A stretch of 51,616 nt of DNA from Verrucomicrobiota bacterium (GCA_041167205.1 JBEEHC010000125.1:1-51616); one strand, 5' to 3'; positions 27,120-37,249 are shown, counted from the stretch's first letter. The notes: generated by a model not told the origin, from the letters alone. Numbers and translations: made by a program.

Positions 27120-28748
27120 TCAGTCGACGTACTGTTGCGCGATCGGCATTCGGCGCCCGACGCCGAAGGCGCGGCTGGTGACCTTGATGCCAGGCGCGGC
27201 TTGCTCCCGCTTGTATTCGTTGAGGTCCACTCGCCGCTGCACCCACCGCACTGTCTTTTCGTCGAAGCCATGCGCAATGATGTCGCGCGCGCTCATGTTT
27301 TCCTCGACGTAGAGGCGTAGGATTTCGTCGAGCACATCGTACGGCGGCAAGCTGTCCTGATCGGTCTGGCCAGGCCTTAGTTCGGCGCTCGGCGGCTTTT
27401 CGATGGTCGACACGGGAATGATTTCCTCACGCCGATTTATCCAGCGCGCCAGCGCGTAAACCATGGTCTTCGGCACGTCGCTGATCACCGCCAGACCGCC
27501 GGCCATGTCGCCGTAAAGTGTGCAGTAGCCAACGGCCAATTCGCTCTTGTTTCCCGTGGTGAGAAGCAGGTGGCCAAACTTATTCGAAAGCGCCATCAGG
27601 GTCATTCCACGCAAGCGCGCCTGCATGTTTTCTTCCGCCGTGTCCTCGGGCAGACCGGCGAAAATTTCCGTGAACTGGGACTTGAACGCGGCAAAGGCGT
27701 TGCCGATGGGAATTTGCAGGCATTTAATGCCGAGATTTCGGGCCAGCGCGAGCGCGTCGTCGATGCTGCCGCGTGATGAGTATGGGCTCGGCATCGATGC
27801 GCCGAGGACGTTCTCCGGACCAAGCGCGTTCACGGCCACCGCCGCAACGACCGCGGAGTCGATGCCTCCGCTCAATCCCAGCACAGCGGATTTGAAATTA
27901 CACTTTGTCAGATAATCGCGCACGCCTAACGAGAGAGCGTCGAACAGGTCGGCCATGTCATCGGCCTTCGCCAGTTGCACCGGCTGCGACGCCTCGGTCT
28001 CGACGATTTCCTCGGAGGTGCGGAAGGCCGGTAATTGCGCGATCAATTCGCCCTGGGAATTCACCGCGATCGAATTGCCATCAAAAACCAATTGATCGTT
28101 GCCACCGACCGCGTTGCAGTAGCAGATCGACCGGCGATAGGTCCGGGCCAGCGTCACGACCATCTCGCGTCGAATGGCCGGCTTGCCCAAACCGAAGGGC
28201 GACGCGCTCAGGTTCAGAATAATCTCCGCCCCCTGCTCCACCAACGAGCGCACGGGCTCAATCTCGTAGAGCGGGCGCGGCAAGTAACGCTCCGTCCAGA
28301 TGTCTTCGCAGATGGTGACGCCGATTTTCTTGGCACCGAACATCAACGGAGCCACGCTCCTCGCCGGTTCGAAGTAGCGATCTTCATCGAAGACGTCGTA
28401 AGTCGGCAGGAGCGATTTGTGCGTTTTGGCGATCGGTGCGCCCGGTTGCAGCAAAGCCGCCGCATTGTGAAACGGCTTTCCGCGCCCCTGGTTTCGATCC
28501 ACGAAACCAACCAGCAAACCGGCGCTCCCGATTCGCGCCTGGAGCTTTTCCAGGATCTCGAGATTTTGCGGAACGAACCGCGATTTGAAGAGAAGGTCCT
28601 GTGGCGGATAACCGGGAATGGCGAGCTCTGGCGTGACGACCAATTCCGCTCCCGCGGCGACAAGCCGCTCATAGGCCACGGCAATCTTCTCAAAATTGCC
28701 GCTCAAATCCCCGACGGTGGGGTTGATTTGAGCGAAACCGATCTTCAT
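27120..28748 (-). CDS. nadE: glutamine-dependent NAD+ synthetase
   Basis: An N-terminal nitrilase/CN-hydrolase domain (MKIGFAQINPTVGD..., CEDIW) plus the synthetase P-loop GLSGGIDSAV. Confidence 0.95.
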   Translation of the reverse strand: MKIGFAQINPTVGDLSGNFEKIAVAYERLVAAGAELVVTPELAIPGYPPQDLLFKSRFVPQNLEILEKLQARIGSAGLLVGFVDRNQGRGKPFHNAAALLQPGAPIAKTHKSLLPTYDVFDEDRYFEPARSVAPLMFGAKKIGVTICEDIWTERYLPRPLYEIEPVRSLVEQGAEIILNLSASPFGLGKPAIRREMVVTLARTYRRSICYCNAVGGNDQLVFDGNSIAVNSQGELIAQLPAFRTSEEIVETEASQPVQLAKADDMADLFDALSLGVRDYLTKCNFKSAVLGLSGGIDSAVVAAVAVNALGPENVLGASMPSPYSSRGSIDDALALARNLGIKCLQIPIGNAFAAFKSQFTEIFAGLPEDTAEENMQARLRGMTLMALSNKFGHLLLTTGNKSELAVGYCTLYGDMAGGLAVISDVPKTMVYALARWINRREEIIPVSTIEKPPSAELRPGQTDQDSLPPYDVLDEILRLYVEENMSARDIIAHGFDEKTVRWVQRRVDLNEYKREQAAPGIKVTSRAFGVGRRMPIAQQYVD

Positions 28749-28804
28749 GCCGTGCCACGCAAACTATGCGCAGCCCGACGGTCGGCAATCGCTTTCGCGC
28801 CCCG

Positions 28805-28969
28805 CTACGGCTTGCTGGTCAGCTTGACCGCCGGCGAGGTATGCTTGTAGCCCTTGTTCAGGGCATCGTCAGCGCCTTCCACGAACACTTTGCCCCATTG
28901 AATGAGGCAGGCCGCCAGGAAACCGGCCACCATGCAAATGATGACTTTTTGAGTAAATGTCGCGTGCAT
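28805..28969 (-). CDS. possible 54-aa single-TM small protein
   Basis: Hand translation: MHATFTQKVIICMVAGFLAACLIQWGKVFVEGADDALNKGYKHTSPAVKLTSKP*. It falls below the ORF-track size cut-off. Confidence 0.3.
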   Translation of the reverse strand: MHATFTQKVIICMVAGFLAACLIQWGKVFVEGADDALNKGYKHTSPAVKLTSKP

Positions 28970-29012
28970 TTCCGACTTTACGGAGCAGAAGCGGTGCCAT
29001 GGCCGGGCGACG

Positions 29013-29705
29013 TTACCAGAAGCCCCACTGGCCAGTTTTCATGATCCAGAGGCCGAGCAGTAGGTTGGTGATGGCATGGGCCAAGACACACGACGTCAGG
29101 CTTTTTGTCCGATACGCGACACAATTGTAAAGCGCGCCGGCAATGAGAGCCGCGATCCAGTCCGCTCGCGCATGGGCAAACCCGAACCCGACGGTGACAA
29201 CCACGAAGGAGAGCCACGAGAACGCGCCCATCGGCACGGCGTAGAATTTCTCGTTGATGAAATAGCGCAGCAAAAATCCGCGCCAGAAAATCTCCTCGAC
29301 CAGCGGTACGACCACGACCAGCCGCAGAAAACGGACGATAATCGTCGTCCAGTACGCCGCTGTTTGGCCCGAAAAAATCCCGGGATTGAAGCCGTCGCGA
29401 CGCGGCCCGAACCCCAGCAGTTCCTGGGGTGCAATCCACAACGCGGAAACCAGCAGCGCCGCCGCAGCTGTGAAAAGGACTCGCCTGGCTGCGCCAAACT
29501 GATACTCGCGCCAAAACCAGATGAGCAGCGCGCCGCAGATTATTGTTTGAGCCGGGTAGATCCAATACTCCGGAGAAGCGAGCCAAAAAGCGCGGCCCAC
29601 GTTTTGAAGCAGCCTGCGCAACGCGAGTAGAAGAAGAAACGCGGCCATCGGCAGCGTGAAAGCCACCAGCTTGCGCCGGGCGAGTTTGTCATTCGCAGAA
29701 TCCAT
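29013..29705 (-). CDS. CPBP-family intramembrane glutamic endopeptidase (CAAX protease-like; the type often linked to exosortase loci)
   Basis: EEIFWRGFL and FGFAH....ALYN....S...HAITN motifs. The start is taken at MDSANDK (29705); the upstream extension is arginine-rich noise. Confidence 0.85.
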   Translation of the reverse strand: MDSANDKLARRKLVAFTLPMAAFLLLLALRRLLQNVGRAFWLASPEYWIYPAQTIICGALLIWFWREYQFGAARRVLFTAAAALLVSALWIAPQELLGFGPRRDGFNPGIFSGQTAAYWTTIIVRFLRLVVVVPLVEEIFWRGFLLRYFINEKFYAVPMGAFSWLSFVVVTVGFGFAHARADWIAALIAGALYNCVAYRTKSLTSCVLAHAITNLLLGLWIMKTGQWGFW

Positions 29706-29740
29706 TTGGTCTTTCGGTTGAATGGTTAAGATTCTTTTCG

Positions 29741-30022
29741 ATGAATTCCAACGGCGACGGCAAGCAGGAACCGGCGGATCCGGAAAATGCCATGCGCCTG
29801 CTCGAGCTCGAATTGATGCGACAACGCATGGCGCGGCAGCAGGCGGGCTCGCCCTATCGTTCATTGCGGGCGGCGAGTTTCGTTTTTCTCTTCGCCGTAA
29901 TTCTGGGCGCGTTGCTGGCGTTCTACTACGTCTTTTACTCCGGCGGGCTCGATGAGTTCCGCACTCGTAACGCGCCGGAACCGAGTCCGAGCCTCGCGTC
30001 TCGTTCGCCTTCGGCTCCATGA
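29741..30022 (+). CDS. small membrane protein (one TM helix), hypothetical
   Basis: 93-aa ORF with the hydrophobic segment AASFVFLFAVILGALLAFYYVFY. It lies immediately upstream of the hybrid kinase. Confidence 0.4.
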   Translation: MNSNGDGKQEPADPENAMRLLELELMRQRMARQQAGSPYRSLRAASFVFLFAVILGALLAFYYVFYSGGLDEFRTRNAPEPSPSLASRSPSAP

Positions 30023-30038
30023 TGGTACACTCCCTGTG

Positions 30039-31928
30039 ATGGACCAGGCTCAGTTACTCGACGTTGCCCATGACGCCATCATTCTGACCGACGCCCAGGG
30101 CACCATCACCTTTTGGAATCGGGGCGCCTGCCGCATTTACGGTTGGAAAAAAAACGAGGCGCTCGGTCAGAACGTCCACGCGCTGCTTCGCACGGAGCTT
30201 TCTGACGGCGCGCAAAATCTCGAATCGAGTCTGAAGGAGCAATCGCATTGGGCAGGCGAGCTCGAGCAAGTCCGGCGGGACGGAGAGCGGATCGTTGTCG
30301 CGAGTCGATGGACCAGCGAGAGCGGGAACCCCGCTTCACCGCGGTTGCAGATCAACACTGACATTACGGTGCACAAGCGGGAAGAAGCAGCCTTGTGTGA
30401 AAGCGAAGAACGTTATCGGCGCTTCGTGATGGAAGATTTCACGGGCACTCTGAGCATCCGAGCTGACGGACGAATCCTGACTTGCAATCCGGCCTTCGCG
30501 AACATTTTCGGATTCGCTTCGATCGAAGAAGCGACCACCGGAAATTTTCTCGAGCTTCTTCGCAGCCGGAAAGATGGCGTCGAATTGCTCGAAATGGTGC
30601 GGCAGCACGGAATCATCGAACGACATGAACTCGAGATGAGTCAGCGCGATGGCGACCCCGTCTACGTCGTGGCCCGCCTCGTCGGCTCGTTTGCGGACGG
30701 CGCGCTGACCGACTTGCAGGTCTACCTCGTTAACGACACCAAGCGGAAGCGGCTTGAACAACAGCTGGTGCAGTCGCAAAAAATGGAGGGCTTGGGGACA
30801 TTGGCCGGCGGAATCGCGCACGATTTTAACAACATTCTCGCCATCATCTTGGGATATACGAACCGGCTGGAGACCCTAGGAGCCAAGCCCGAGACGTCCG
30901 GCGCCGTCAAGATAATCAAGGAAGCGGTCGAGCGCGGAGCGGCCCTCGTGCAACAACTGCTGACATCGGCCCGGCAGACGGAGGCGCGCTTTTCCGCGCT
31001 CGATCTGAACGCGCTCGTCCGCGAGCTCGAGAAAATGCTGCAGGCGACGTTTCCAAAAATGATCGACTTCGAGCTGCACTTGCAGGCGGATCTTCCCTTG
31101 ATCACCGCGGATCGCAGTCAGATTCATCAGGTGTTGCTGAACCTCTGCGTGAATGCGCGGGACGCGATGCCAGACGGTGGAACGCTCGCGCTGGAAACTT
31201 CGATGACGCCCGGCGCGGAGTTGATCGAATCGTTCACGGGCGCGGCCGCGCAGAACTATGCGTGTATTCGGGTGCGCGACACCGGGAGCGGCATGACCCG
31301 GCAGGTGAAGTCGCATATCTTTGAGCCTTTTTTTACCACGAAGGAGCGCGGCAAAGGGACCGGCCTCGGATTGTCCGTCGTGTATGGCGTGGTGAACAAT
31401 CACCGTGGTTTTGTTCAGGTGGATAGCGAGCCGAACGCCGGCACGACCTTCATAGTCTATCTGCCCGTCGAACATGCCATCGAAGAAACGGGCAGTGGCG
31501 TCATCGGGAGAATCCCGCGCAAGCAAGGGGCTTCGCAGACGATCCTGCTCGTCGAAGACGAGGAAATGCTGCGCGATCTCGGGGTGACAATCCTGGAAGG
31601 CGAAGGCTATCGCGTGCTCGCCGCAAAAGACGGAGTAGAAGCCGTCGAGCTTTTTGAAGCGCATCGCGACGATATAGGACTTGTGGTCTGCGACCTGGGC
31701 TTGCCGCGACTGGGCGGGCGCGAAGCCTTTCTTAAAATGAAAGAAAGCAGACCGGGCGTGCGGGCGATTGTCGCAAGCGGTTATCTCGAGCCGGCGATCC
31801 GCTCTGAAATGCTAAAAGCCGGCGTGCTCGATACGATTCAGAAACCGTACGACTTCAATGACCTGCTGACAAAGATCCGCTCCGCGATCGGCCCGGAAGA
31901 AGACGACGACCATCCGCAATTGTTCTGA
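30039..31928 (+). CDS. cytoplasmic hybrid sensor histidine kinase (PAS-PAS-HisKA-HATPase_c-REC)
   Basis: H-box GGIAHDFNNILAII, N/G boxes (LNLCVNARDAM, DTGSGM, GTGLGLS), and a C-terminal receiver (ILLVEDEE...VVCDLGLP...K). Start at MDQAQLL (30039). Confidence 0.9.
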   Translation: MDQAQLLDVAHDAIILTDAQGTITFWNRGACRIYGWKKNEALGQNVHALLRTELSDGAQNLESSLKEQSHWAGELEQVRRDGERIVVASRWTSESGNPASPRLQINTDITVHKREEAALCESEERYRRFVMEDFTGTLSIRADGRILTCNPAFANIFGFASIEEATTGNFLELLRSRKDGVELLEMVRQHGIIERHELEMSQRDGDPVYVVARLVGSFADGALTDLQVYLVNDTKRKRLEQQLVQSQKMEGLGTLAGGIAHDFNNILAIILGYTNRLETLGAKPETSGAVKIIKEAVERGAALVQQLLTSARQTEARFSALDLNALVRELEKMLQATFPKMIDFELHLQADLPLITADRSQIHQVLLNLCVNARDAMPDGGTLALETSMTPGAELIESFTGAAAQNYACIRVRDTGSGMTRQVKSHIFEPFFTTKERGKGTGLGLSVVYGVVNNHRGFVQVDSEPNAGTTFIVYLPVEHAIEETGSGVIGRIPRKQGASQTILLVEDEEMLRDLGVTILEGEGYRVLAAKDGVEAVELFEAHRDDIGLVVCDLGLPRLGGREAFLKMKESRPGVRAIVASGYLEPAIRSEMLKAGVLDTIQKPYDFNDLLTKIRSAIGPEEDDDHPQLF

Positions 31929-31975
31929 GCCGAACCTCGTCCCGTTGCCCTGGTCGAAAGCGTGGACGCGTTTGT

Positions 31976-32131
31976 CTGTCATCCCGAGGCGCGCAGAAGC
32001 CGAGGGACCTCGCAATTGCTCAAACGCTTCCGCGACATGTCACGAGACCTTCGGATTCGGCGTTACGGCTTTGCCTCCGCCCGACTTCCGGGTGTGAGGT
32101 CCTTCGCCGTCTCCGCGGCTCAAGATGACAG
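31976..32131. repeat. MITE/REP-like unit: two 38-nt inverted arms (CTGTCATCCCGAGGCGCGCAGAAGCCGAGGGACCTCGC ... GTGAGGTCCTTCGCCGTCTCCGCGGCTCAAGATGACAG)
   Basis: The arms at 31976..32013 and 32094..32131 match at 30/38 positions as reverse complements (hand count). The unit lies between convergent genes. Confidence 0.6.
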
Positions 32132-32155
32132 CGGCGGCGGCGGCTCGACCATCCG

Positions 32156-33019
32156 CTAAGGCAGGATGGTGACGCCGCCAGGTTTCGGCCCTTCGACCAG
32201 CGCCTTGTTACTCTTCCGCTGAGTAATCACGAAAGTGTTATTGTCCCCGTGCTTTGACCAGGGGCCGTGCGGCACTTCGCTGAATTCGACAAATTTCCAA
32301 TCGGTCACATCGGTTTCCTGCAATCCGAGATAGTCCCGCACGGCCGGGGAAACATCCAGGCCCGCGCCTCTGTTTAGATTCGGTTTCGGCCGCTCGTTTC
32401 CGAAGACATATTGCCAATGATCGGTCCGGAACGGGCCGGCGTCTTCCCATTGGGCGTAGACGGTCTTATTGCCTTTGCGAATCGCGATCCAACGCCCCTT
32501 GCACGTCGAAGCCCCTGGACCCTGATACGCCTCCTTGAACCATGGCACCACCCGCGGGGCTTCGGGCCGATGACCGTTGGTGGATTTGTCGTTGTACGGC
32601 AGCGCGACATAAAATGGATTCTGATGGGGCGTGAATTTCGCGGGCATAAAATCATGCCGCTGTGCGCGGTCCGGGTTATCGAAGCCGCCGTAATTCTGCG
32701 TCCAATTCGCGTCCCAGGAACTGGAGCGATTTGGCGTTGGATTGTTTGCGGTCGGCTTTTCACCGATCCAGAAAACAGTGGTCACGATCTCTTTTTTCCA
32801 CTGAAAACGTTCGCCTGGCTTGGCCAGAAGAGGAGGATCCGTCTTGGCCGAGGACGCGTACGGATCGACTTTGAGCAGGGTCTCACCCTGCGGCTTGCTC
32901 GATTTCTTGCTGAGCTTCACAATCCCGCCCGGCACCGCAGCCGGTGCATTCTGAGTGAAAAGACCGGCAACGGACGACAGCAAGACTGCGATTGTGTGAG
33001 TAAGAGTTCCCGGTTTCAT
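32156..33019 (-). CDS. secreted hypothetical protein, weak RlpA/expansin-like double-psi beta-barrel signature
   Basis: Signal peptide MKPGTLTHTIAVLLSSVAGLFTQNAPA. The C-terminal CKGRWIAIRKGNKTVYAQWEDAGPF...GAGLDVSPAV resembles the DPBB core; this is a pattern-level call only. Confidence 0.55.
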   Translation of the reverse strand: MKPGTLTHTIAVLLSSVAGLFTQNAPAAVPGGIVKLSKKSSKPQGETLLKVDPYASSAKTDPPLLAKPGERFQWKKEIVTTVFWIGEKPTANNPTPNRSSSWDANWTQNYGGFDNPDRAQRHDFMPAKFTPHQNPFYVALPYNDKSTNGHRPEAPRVVPWFKEAYQGPGASTCKGRWIAIRKGNKTVYAQWEDAGPFRTDHWQYVFGNERPKPNLNRGAGLDVSPAVRDYLGLQETDVTDWKFVEFSEVPHGPWSKHGDNNTFVITQRKSNKALVEGPKPGGVTILP

Positions 33020-33236
33020 CGGAGAAGTGCGACGCCGTGCAAACGCGCAGGAATAAGATTCGTCTACTCTGAATCGGCCTGCGTGGCCCTCGCGGGTGTA
33101 ATATGGCGCAGTTTTCGCCTTTGCGCCAGAGAGCGATCTGTCTTTCACCGAACGCTCGATTTTCTCGACCGTATGCTGCAACTAGCCAGGGTGCCCACCG
33201 GCTCGTAAGCTGCTGACTCGAAACACGCTTCCTCGC

Positions 33237-34793
33237 ATGAACGGCACTACTTTCCCGGCTTCTCCCGTAGTCGCGCCAACTTCGCGTGGGATAAACTGGT
33301 TTCCGTTGGCCGTCTTCGCGCTCGTCTGGATCGAACTCATTTCGCGACTCCGTTTCGAATGGTCGATCAATCCGCAATATGGCTACGGATGGACGGTTCC
33401 CTTCCTGGCGGCGTACATCTTTTGGCGGCGCTACGAAAACACGCCTCCGCCATCGCCGCCTAACCTCAGAATTCTCCCGGGATTAGTCATCGTCCTGGCC
33501 GCTGCGTTCCTGATCCCGGTCCGCCTCGTTCAGGAAGCGAATCCCGATTGGCGACTGCTCAGTTGGGCCATGGCGCTTTCCGCCGGAGTCATCACCGCGT
33601 GTGGAATTTATCTGACCGGCGGCCTGCGGTGGGCGCGGCACTTCGCTTTTCCCATCCTGTTTTTTCTCGTCGCCGTGCCGTGGCCGACCAATGTCGAACA
33701 ATTCGTCATCCAGGGCCTGATGCGCGTCGACGCCCTCATCAACGTGGAAATTCTCAACGCGATCGGAATTCCCGCCGTGCAGTTGGGGAATGTCATCGAA
33801 GTCGGCTCCGGTTTTGTCGGCATCGATGAAGCGTGCACCGGCATTCGATCATTGCAGGCCACGTTCATGGTCTCGCTGTTTCTCGGTGAATTCTATGAAT
33901 TCGCCGTCGGGCGGCGAATCATCCTGGTCGTGGCGGGTGCGATCCTGGCTTTCCTCTGCAACCTGGTGCGCACATTTCTTTTGGTCTACGTCGGCGCAGT
34001 GCATGGCTCCGAGAGGATCAAGAGCTGGCACGACCCGGCGGGGCACACGATTCTCATCGTCTGCCTGCTTGCCCTTTGGGGATTGAGCATGCTCCTGCGC
34101 GCCAAACACCCGACCGCACCGCAAGTAGCCGGACCACGGCAAACTTTCCGCGTGCCGCGTTTGGTCCTCGGCGCTCTTCTGGCCCTGACCCTCGCCGCCG
34201 AAGCGGGCACCCAGATTTGGTATCGCGCCCGCGAGTCACAGACGGTTCGACTCGAGCCCTGGATAGTCACATGGCCGTCTCAGGCAACGAATTGGAAAAC
34301 GGTACCCATCGCGGATAGCGCTCAGGAGCTTCTGCGTTACAACGAAGGGGGTGGCGGCGTCTGGACAGGAGAAGATGGCCACAAGTGGAATATGTTTTTC
34401 TTTCGCTGGCTCCCCGGCCGCACCGCCGGCCTTTTCATCAAGAATCACCGGCCCGATATCTGTCTTCCCGCCAGCGGCATGAAGCAACGCGGCGGCGTGC
34501 AGAACAAATTCCTCACCGTCAACAACGTCGTCCTGCCGATTCGCTCCTACGTTTTCGAAAACAACGGACGATCGCTGCACGTTTTTTATTGTTATTGGGA
34601 TGGAACACCAGCGGAGCCGGGAATGGTCGACTACGAAAACTGGACGCCCAGGGGCCGTCTGGATGCTGTTCGGAAAGGAAAGCGCGACGTCGGCGCTCAG
34701 ATGCTCGAAATCGTTGGCTGGGGCTATGACGACGCTGAAAAAGCCGAGCAAGCCGCGCTCGAGCAGCTCAGCAAGATCGTCCGGCGCGAATAG
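33237..34793 (+). CDS. exosortase fused to an EpsI-like C-terminal domain
   Basis: Polytopic N-terminal half with the exosortase catalytic motifs DEACTGIRSL (Cys), NLVRTF (Arg) and WHDPAGH (His). About 200 aa of soluble C-terminal domain follow after a further TM helix. Confidence 0.85.
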   Translation: MNGTTFPASPVVAPTSRGINWFPLAVFALVWIELISRLRFEWSINPQYGYGWTVPFLAAYIFWRRYENTPPPSPPNLRILPGLVIVLAAAFLIPVRLVQEANPDWRLLSWAMALSAGVITACGIYLTGGLRWARHFAFPILFFLVAVPWPTNVEQFVIQGLMRVDALINVEILNAIGIPAVQLGNVIEVGSGFVGIDEACTGIRSLQATFMVSLFLGEFYEFAVGRRIILVVAGAILAFLCNLVRTFLLVYVGAVHGSERIKSWHDPAGHTILIVCLLALWGLSMLLRAKHPTAPQVAGPRQTFRVPRLVLGALLALTLAAEAGTQIWYRARESQTVRLEPWIVTWPSQATNWKTVPIADSAQELLRYNEGGGGVWTGEDGHKWNMFFFRWLPGRTAGLFIKNHRPDICLPASGMKQRGGVQNKFLTVNNVVLPIRSYVFENNGRSLHVFYCYWDGTPAEPGMVDYENWTPRGRLDAVRKGKRDVGAQMLEIVGWGYDDAEKAEQAALEQLSKIVRRE

Positions 34794-34862
34794 TCCCTCC
34801 CCCTTCTACGTTGGACGTTTTCTTCCTTCGCTTCCCGTCTGCCTGAGAGCTACTCTCCCGCC

Positions 34863-35783
34863 ATGTCCCCCAGACCTCTCGTACGACTCCTTTCGGTCGC
34901 TCTCTTCGCCGGCACTCTCTTCGCCGAGACAGATCCATCGCCCTCCCCGCCTCTCTCTCCGTCGCCCCGTCCCGTCAGTTCTTCGATCACGATCACCGCT
35001 ACCTTTTGGAACATTCAATGGTTTCCCGGCCGGCGGCCCAACGCTTCGCGCGCCGAAGAAAATCGCCAAATTCGCTCCGTCCATCGCGATCTCGCACAGC
35101 TTGCTCCCGTTCCCGACGTCATCGGCCTGGAGGAAGTGCGCGATTCAAAGCACGCATCCCTTGCCATCGAGCCCTTGAGCGGATTCAAAGTCGATGTCTG
35201 TTCGAATTTTCCGGCACGGGAAGGTCAGCAGGAAGCGCAACAGATCGCGATCGCCAGCCGATTCCAACCGATCAGCGCCTGGGCGGAAGCGTGGAAGCCC
35301 GGTGGCGCGATCATGCCTCCCCGCGGTTTCGCGTTTGCCTCCTACCAAGTATCGCCCAAGCAAGTGCTCCTGGTCTACGCCTTGCATCTGAAAAGTAATC
35401 GCGGCGAAATCCACGAAGACATGCGCATCCGGGAGGAGTCGATGCACCAACTGCTTTCGCACATGAAAGCAATGAGAAACACCTACGAAAAGATGGGCAC
35501 GCTCACCTGGATCGTCGGCGGCGATTTCAACACCGCGCCGGACGAGCCCCGCTTCGCCGGAGAAAAGACTGTTCCCGGTTTGCTGGCGGACGATTTCAGC
35601 TGGGCGTGGCAGGGGATCCCATTGTCTTCGCGCATAACGATACCAGGCGATCTGCGCTATCCGGCCGCCTGTTTCGATCAAATCTTTTATCGCGGCGCGA
35701 CGGTAACCAGAGCCTGGGTGGCAGACACCTCACCGCAATCGAGCGATCATCGCGCCGTGAACGCGGTGCTCCAACTCAGGTAG
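34863..35783 (+). CDS. secreted endonuclease/exonuclease/phosphatase (EEP) family protein
   Basis: Signal peptide, then WNIQWF, GLEEV, GGDFN and SDHRAV motifs in the canonical EEP order. Confidence 0.8.
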   Translation: MSPRPLVRLLSVALFAGTLFAETDPSPSPPLSPSPRPVSSSITITATFWNIQWFPGRRPNASRAEENRQIRSVHRDLAQLAPVPDVIGLEEVRDSKHASLAIEPLSGFKVDVCSNFPAREGQQEAQQIAIASRFQPISAWAEAWKPGGAIMPPRGFAFASYQVSPKQVLLVYALHLKSNRGEIHEDMRIREESMHQLLSHMKAMRNTYEKMGTLTWIVGGDFNTAPDEPRFAGEKTVPGLLADDFSWAWQGIPLSSRITIPGDLRYPAACFDQIFYRGATVTRAWVADTSPQSSDHRAVNAVLQLR

Positions 35784-35878
35784 CGACGCCTCTCCGAGGC
35801 GTCCGTCGAATCTCATCGTCGGTCGTCCGAGATAATCGGACGTTTCGGAGAAACGTCCCTACCTGAAGGAAGTCGTCA

Positions 35879-37249
35879 CTACTCCAGAAACTTCCCCGGA
35901 TTCAGAATCCCCGCCGGATCGAGCGCATCCTTGATCGCGCGATGCACTTCGCGCGACACATCGCTGGTCGCCTCCGGCCACCAGCGTTTCTTCGCCAGGC
36001 CTATCCCGTGTTCGCCGGTGATCACCCCGCCCCAGTCGAGCACCTGCTGAAAGAGTTCGTCCAGCGCACTCTCCACTTTTTTCTGGACTGCAAGATCGTC
36101 GTAATTCGCCGCCATGATATTTACGTGGATATTCCCATCTCCCGCGTGACCAAAACAGGCGACCGGGAAACCGTGCCGTTTCTGCAGCGTTTCGGCGAAC
36201 TCGATCAGGTCAACCAATCTCGACCGCGGCACGACGATATCCTGATTCAGTTTCGTTAGGCCGGTAGCTCGCAGCGAGTTGCTGAAATCCCGGCGCAACT
36301 GCCATAGGTTCTCGCATTCCTTTTCCGTGGTCGCGGTAGCAAGCGAATTTGGCTTCCTCCCCGCGATCAATTTCTCGAGCGCCGCCGCCTCGCTCCGCAC
36401 GCTCTCCGCCTGGCCATCGACTTCGACTAATAAATGCGCGTTCCCGGCTGGCACGTGTCCTTCCCCGTGATCGCGCCGGGCCGCTTCGAGTGTGAAATGA
36501 TCCGCAATCTCGAGCGATGCCGGAAGAAACCCGGCATGGAAAATCGCCTGCACCGCAGCAGCCGCCTCCTTCATTGTCGTGAACGCCGCGGAAAGCGTCG
36601 CCCGCGCGGGTGGTAGCGGCAGCAATCGCACCGTGATCTCCGTGACTACTCCCAGCATTCCTTCCGATCCAACGAACAGCCCCAGCAGGTTGAAACCCGT
36701 TTTGTTCTTGTGCACCCGCCCGCCTGTGCGCAAGACCTCCCCGCTCGCGAGCACCACTTCGAGCCCGATCACATATTGGCGCGTCACTCCGTATTTCAAA
36801 CAACGCGGTCCGCCAGCATTCGTCGCTACGTTCCCGCCCATGCTGCAATCCTTCCTGCTCGCGGGGTCCGGCGGATAAAACAACTGCTGCTCCCGCGCCT
36901 TCTCTTGCAGATCGGCGGTAATCACTCCCGGTTCCACGATCGCGATGGCGTCGGCGAAACTGATTTCCTTGATCCTATTCATGCGTGCGAGCGAAAGCGA
37001 GACCCCTCCGCGCACCGGCACACAGCCGCCCACGTAGCCATAACCCGCCCCTCGCGCCGTGACCGGAATTTTTTCCTGCGATGCGAATCGAAGCAGTCTG
37101 CTCACTTGCTCCGTCGATTTCGCGAAGACGACCACATCCGGGGGATGATTCGCAAACCACTTATCGCCGCTGTGGGCTTGCAACTCCGTCGCCTCATCCG
37201 ACACCGCCTCTGCGCCCAGCAGCTCGCGCAATTTTTCCGCGAGGTTCAA
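35879..37249 (-). CDS. FAD-linked oxidase (GlcD / D-lactate dehydrogenase family)
   Basis: FAD_binding_4 motifs (PVTARGAGYGYVGG, GGNVATNAGG) and C-terminal GGVITGEHGIGLAK. TTG start at 37249, 6 nt after AGGAG. Confidence 0.9.
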   Translation of the reverse strand: MNLAEKLRELLGAEAVSDEATELQAHSGDKWFANHPPDVVVFAKSTEQVSRLLRFASQEKIPVTARGAGYGYVGGCVPVRGGVSLSLARMNRIKEISFADAIAIVEPGVITADLQEKAREQQLFYPPDPASRKDCSMGGNVATNAGGPRCLKYGVTRQYVIGLEVVLASGEVLRTGGRVHKNKTGFNLLGLFVGSEGMLGVVTEITVRLLPLPPARATLSAAFTTMKEAAAAVQAIFHAGFLPASLEIADHFTLEAARRDHGEGHVPAGNAHLLVEVDGQAESVRSEAAALEKLIAGRKPNSLATATTEKECENLWQLRRDFSNSLRATGLTKLNQDIVVPRSRLVDLIEFAETLQKRHGFPVACFGHAGDGNIHVNIMAANYDDLAVQKKVESALDELFQQVLDWGGVITGEHGIGLAKKRWWPEATSDVSREVHRAIKDALDPAGILNPGKFLE

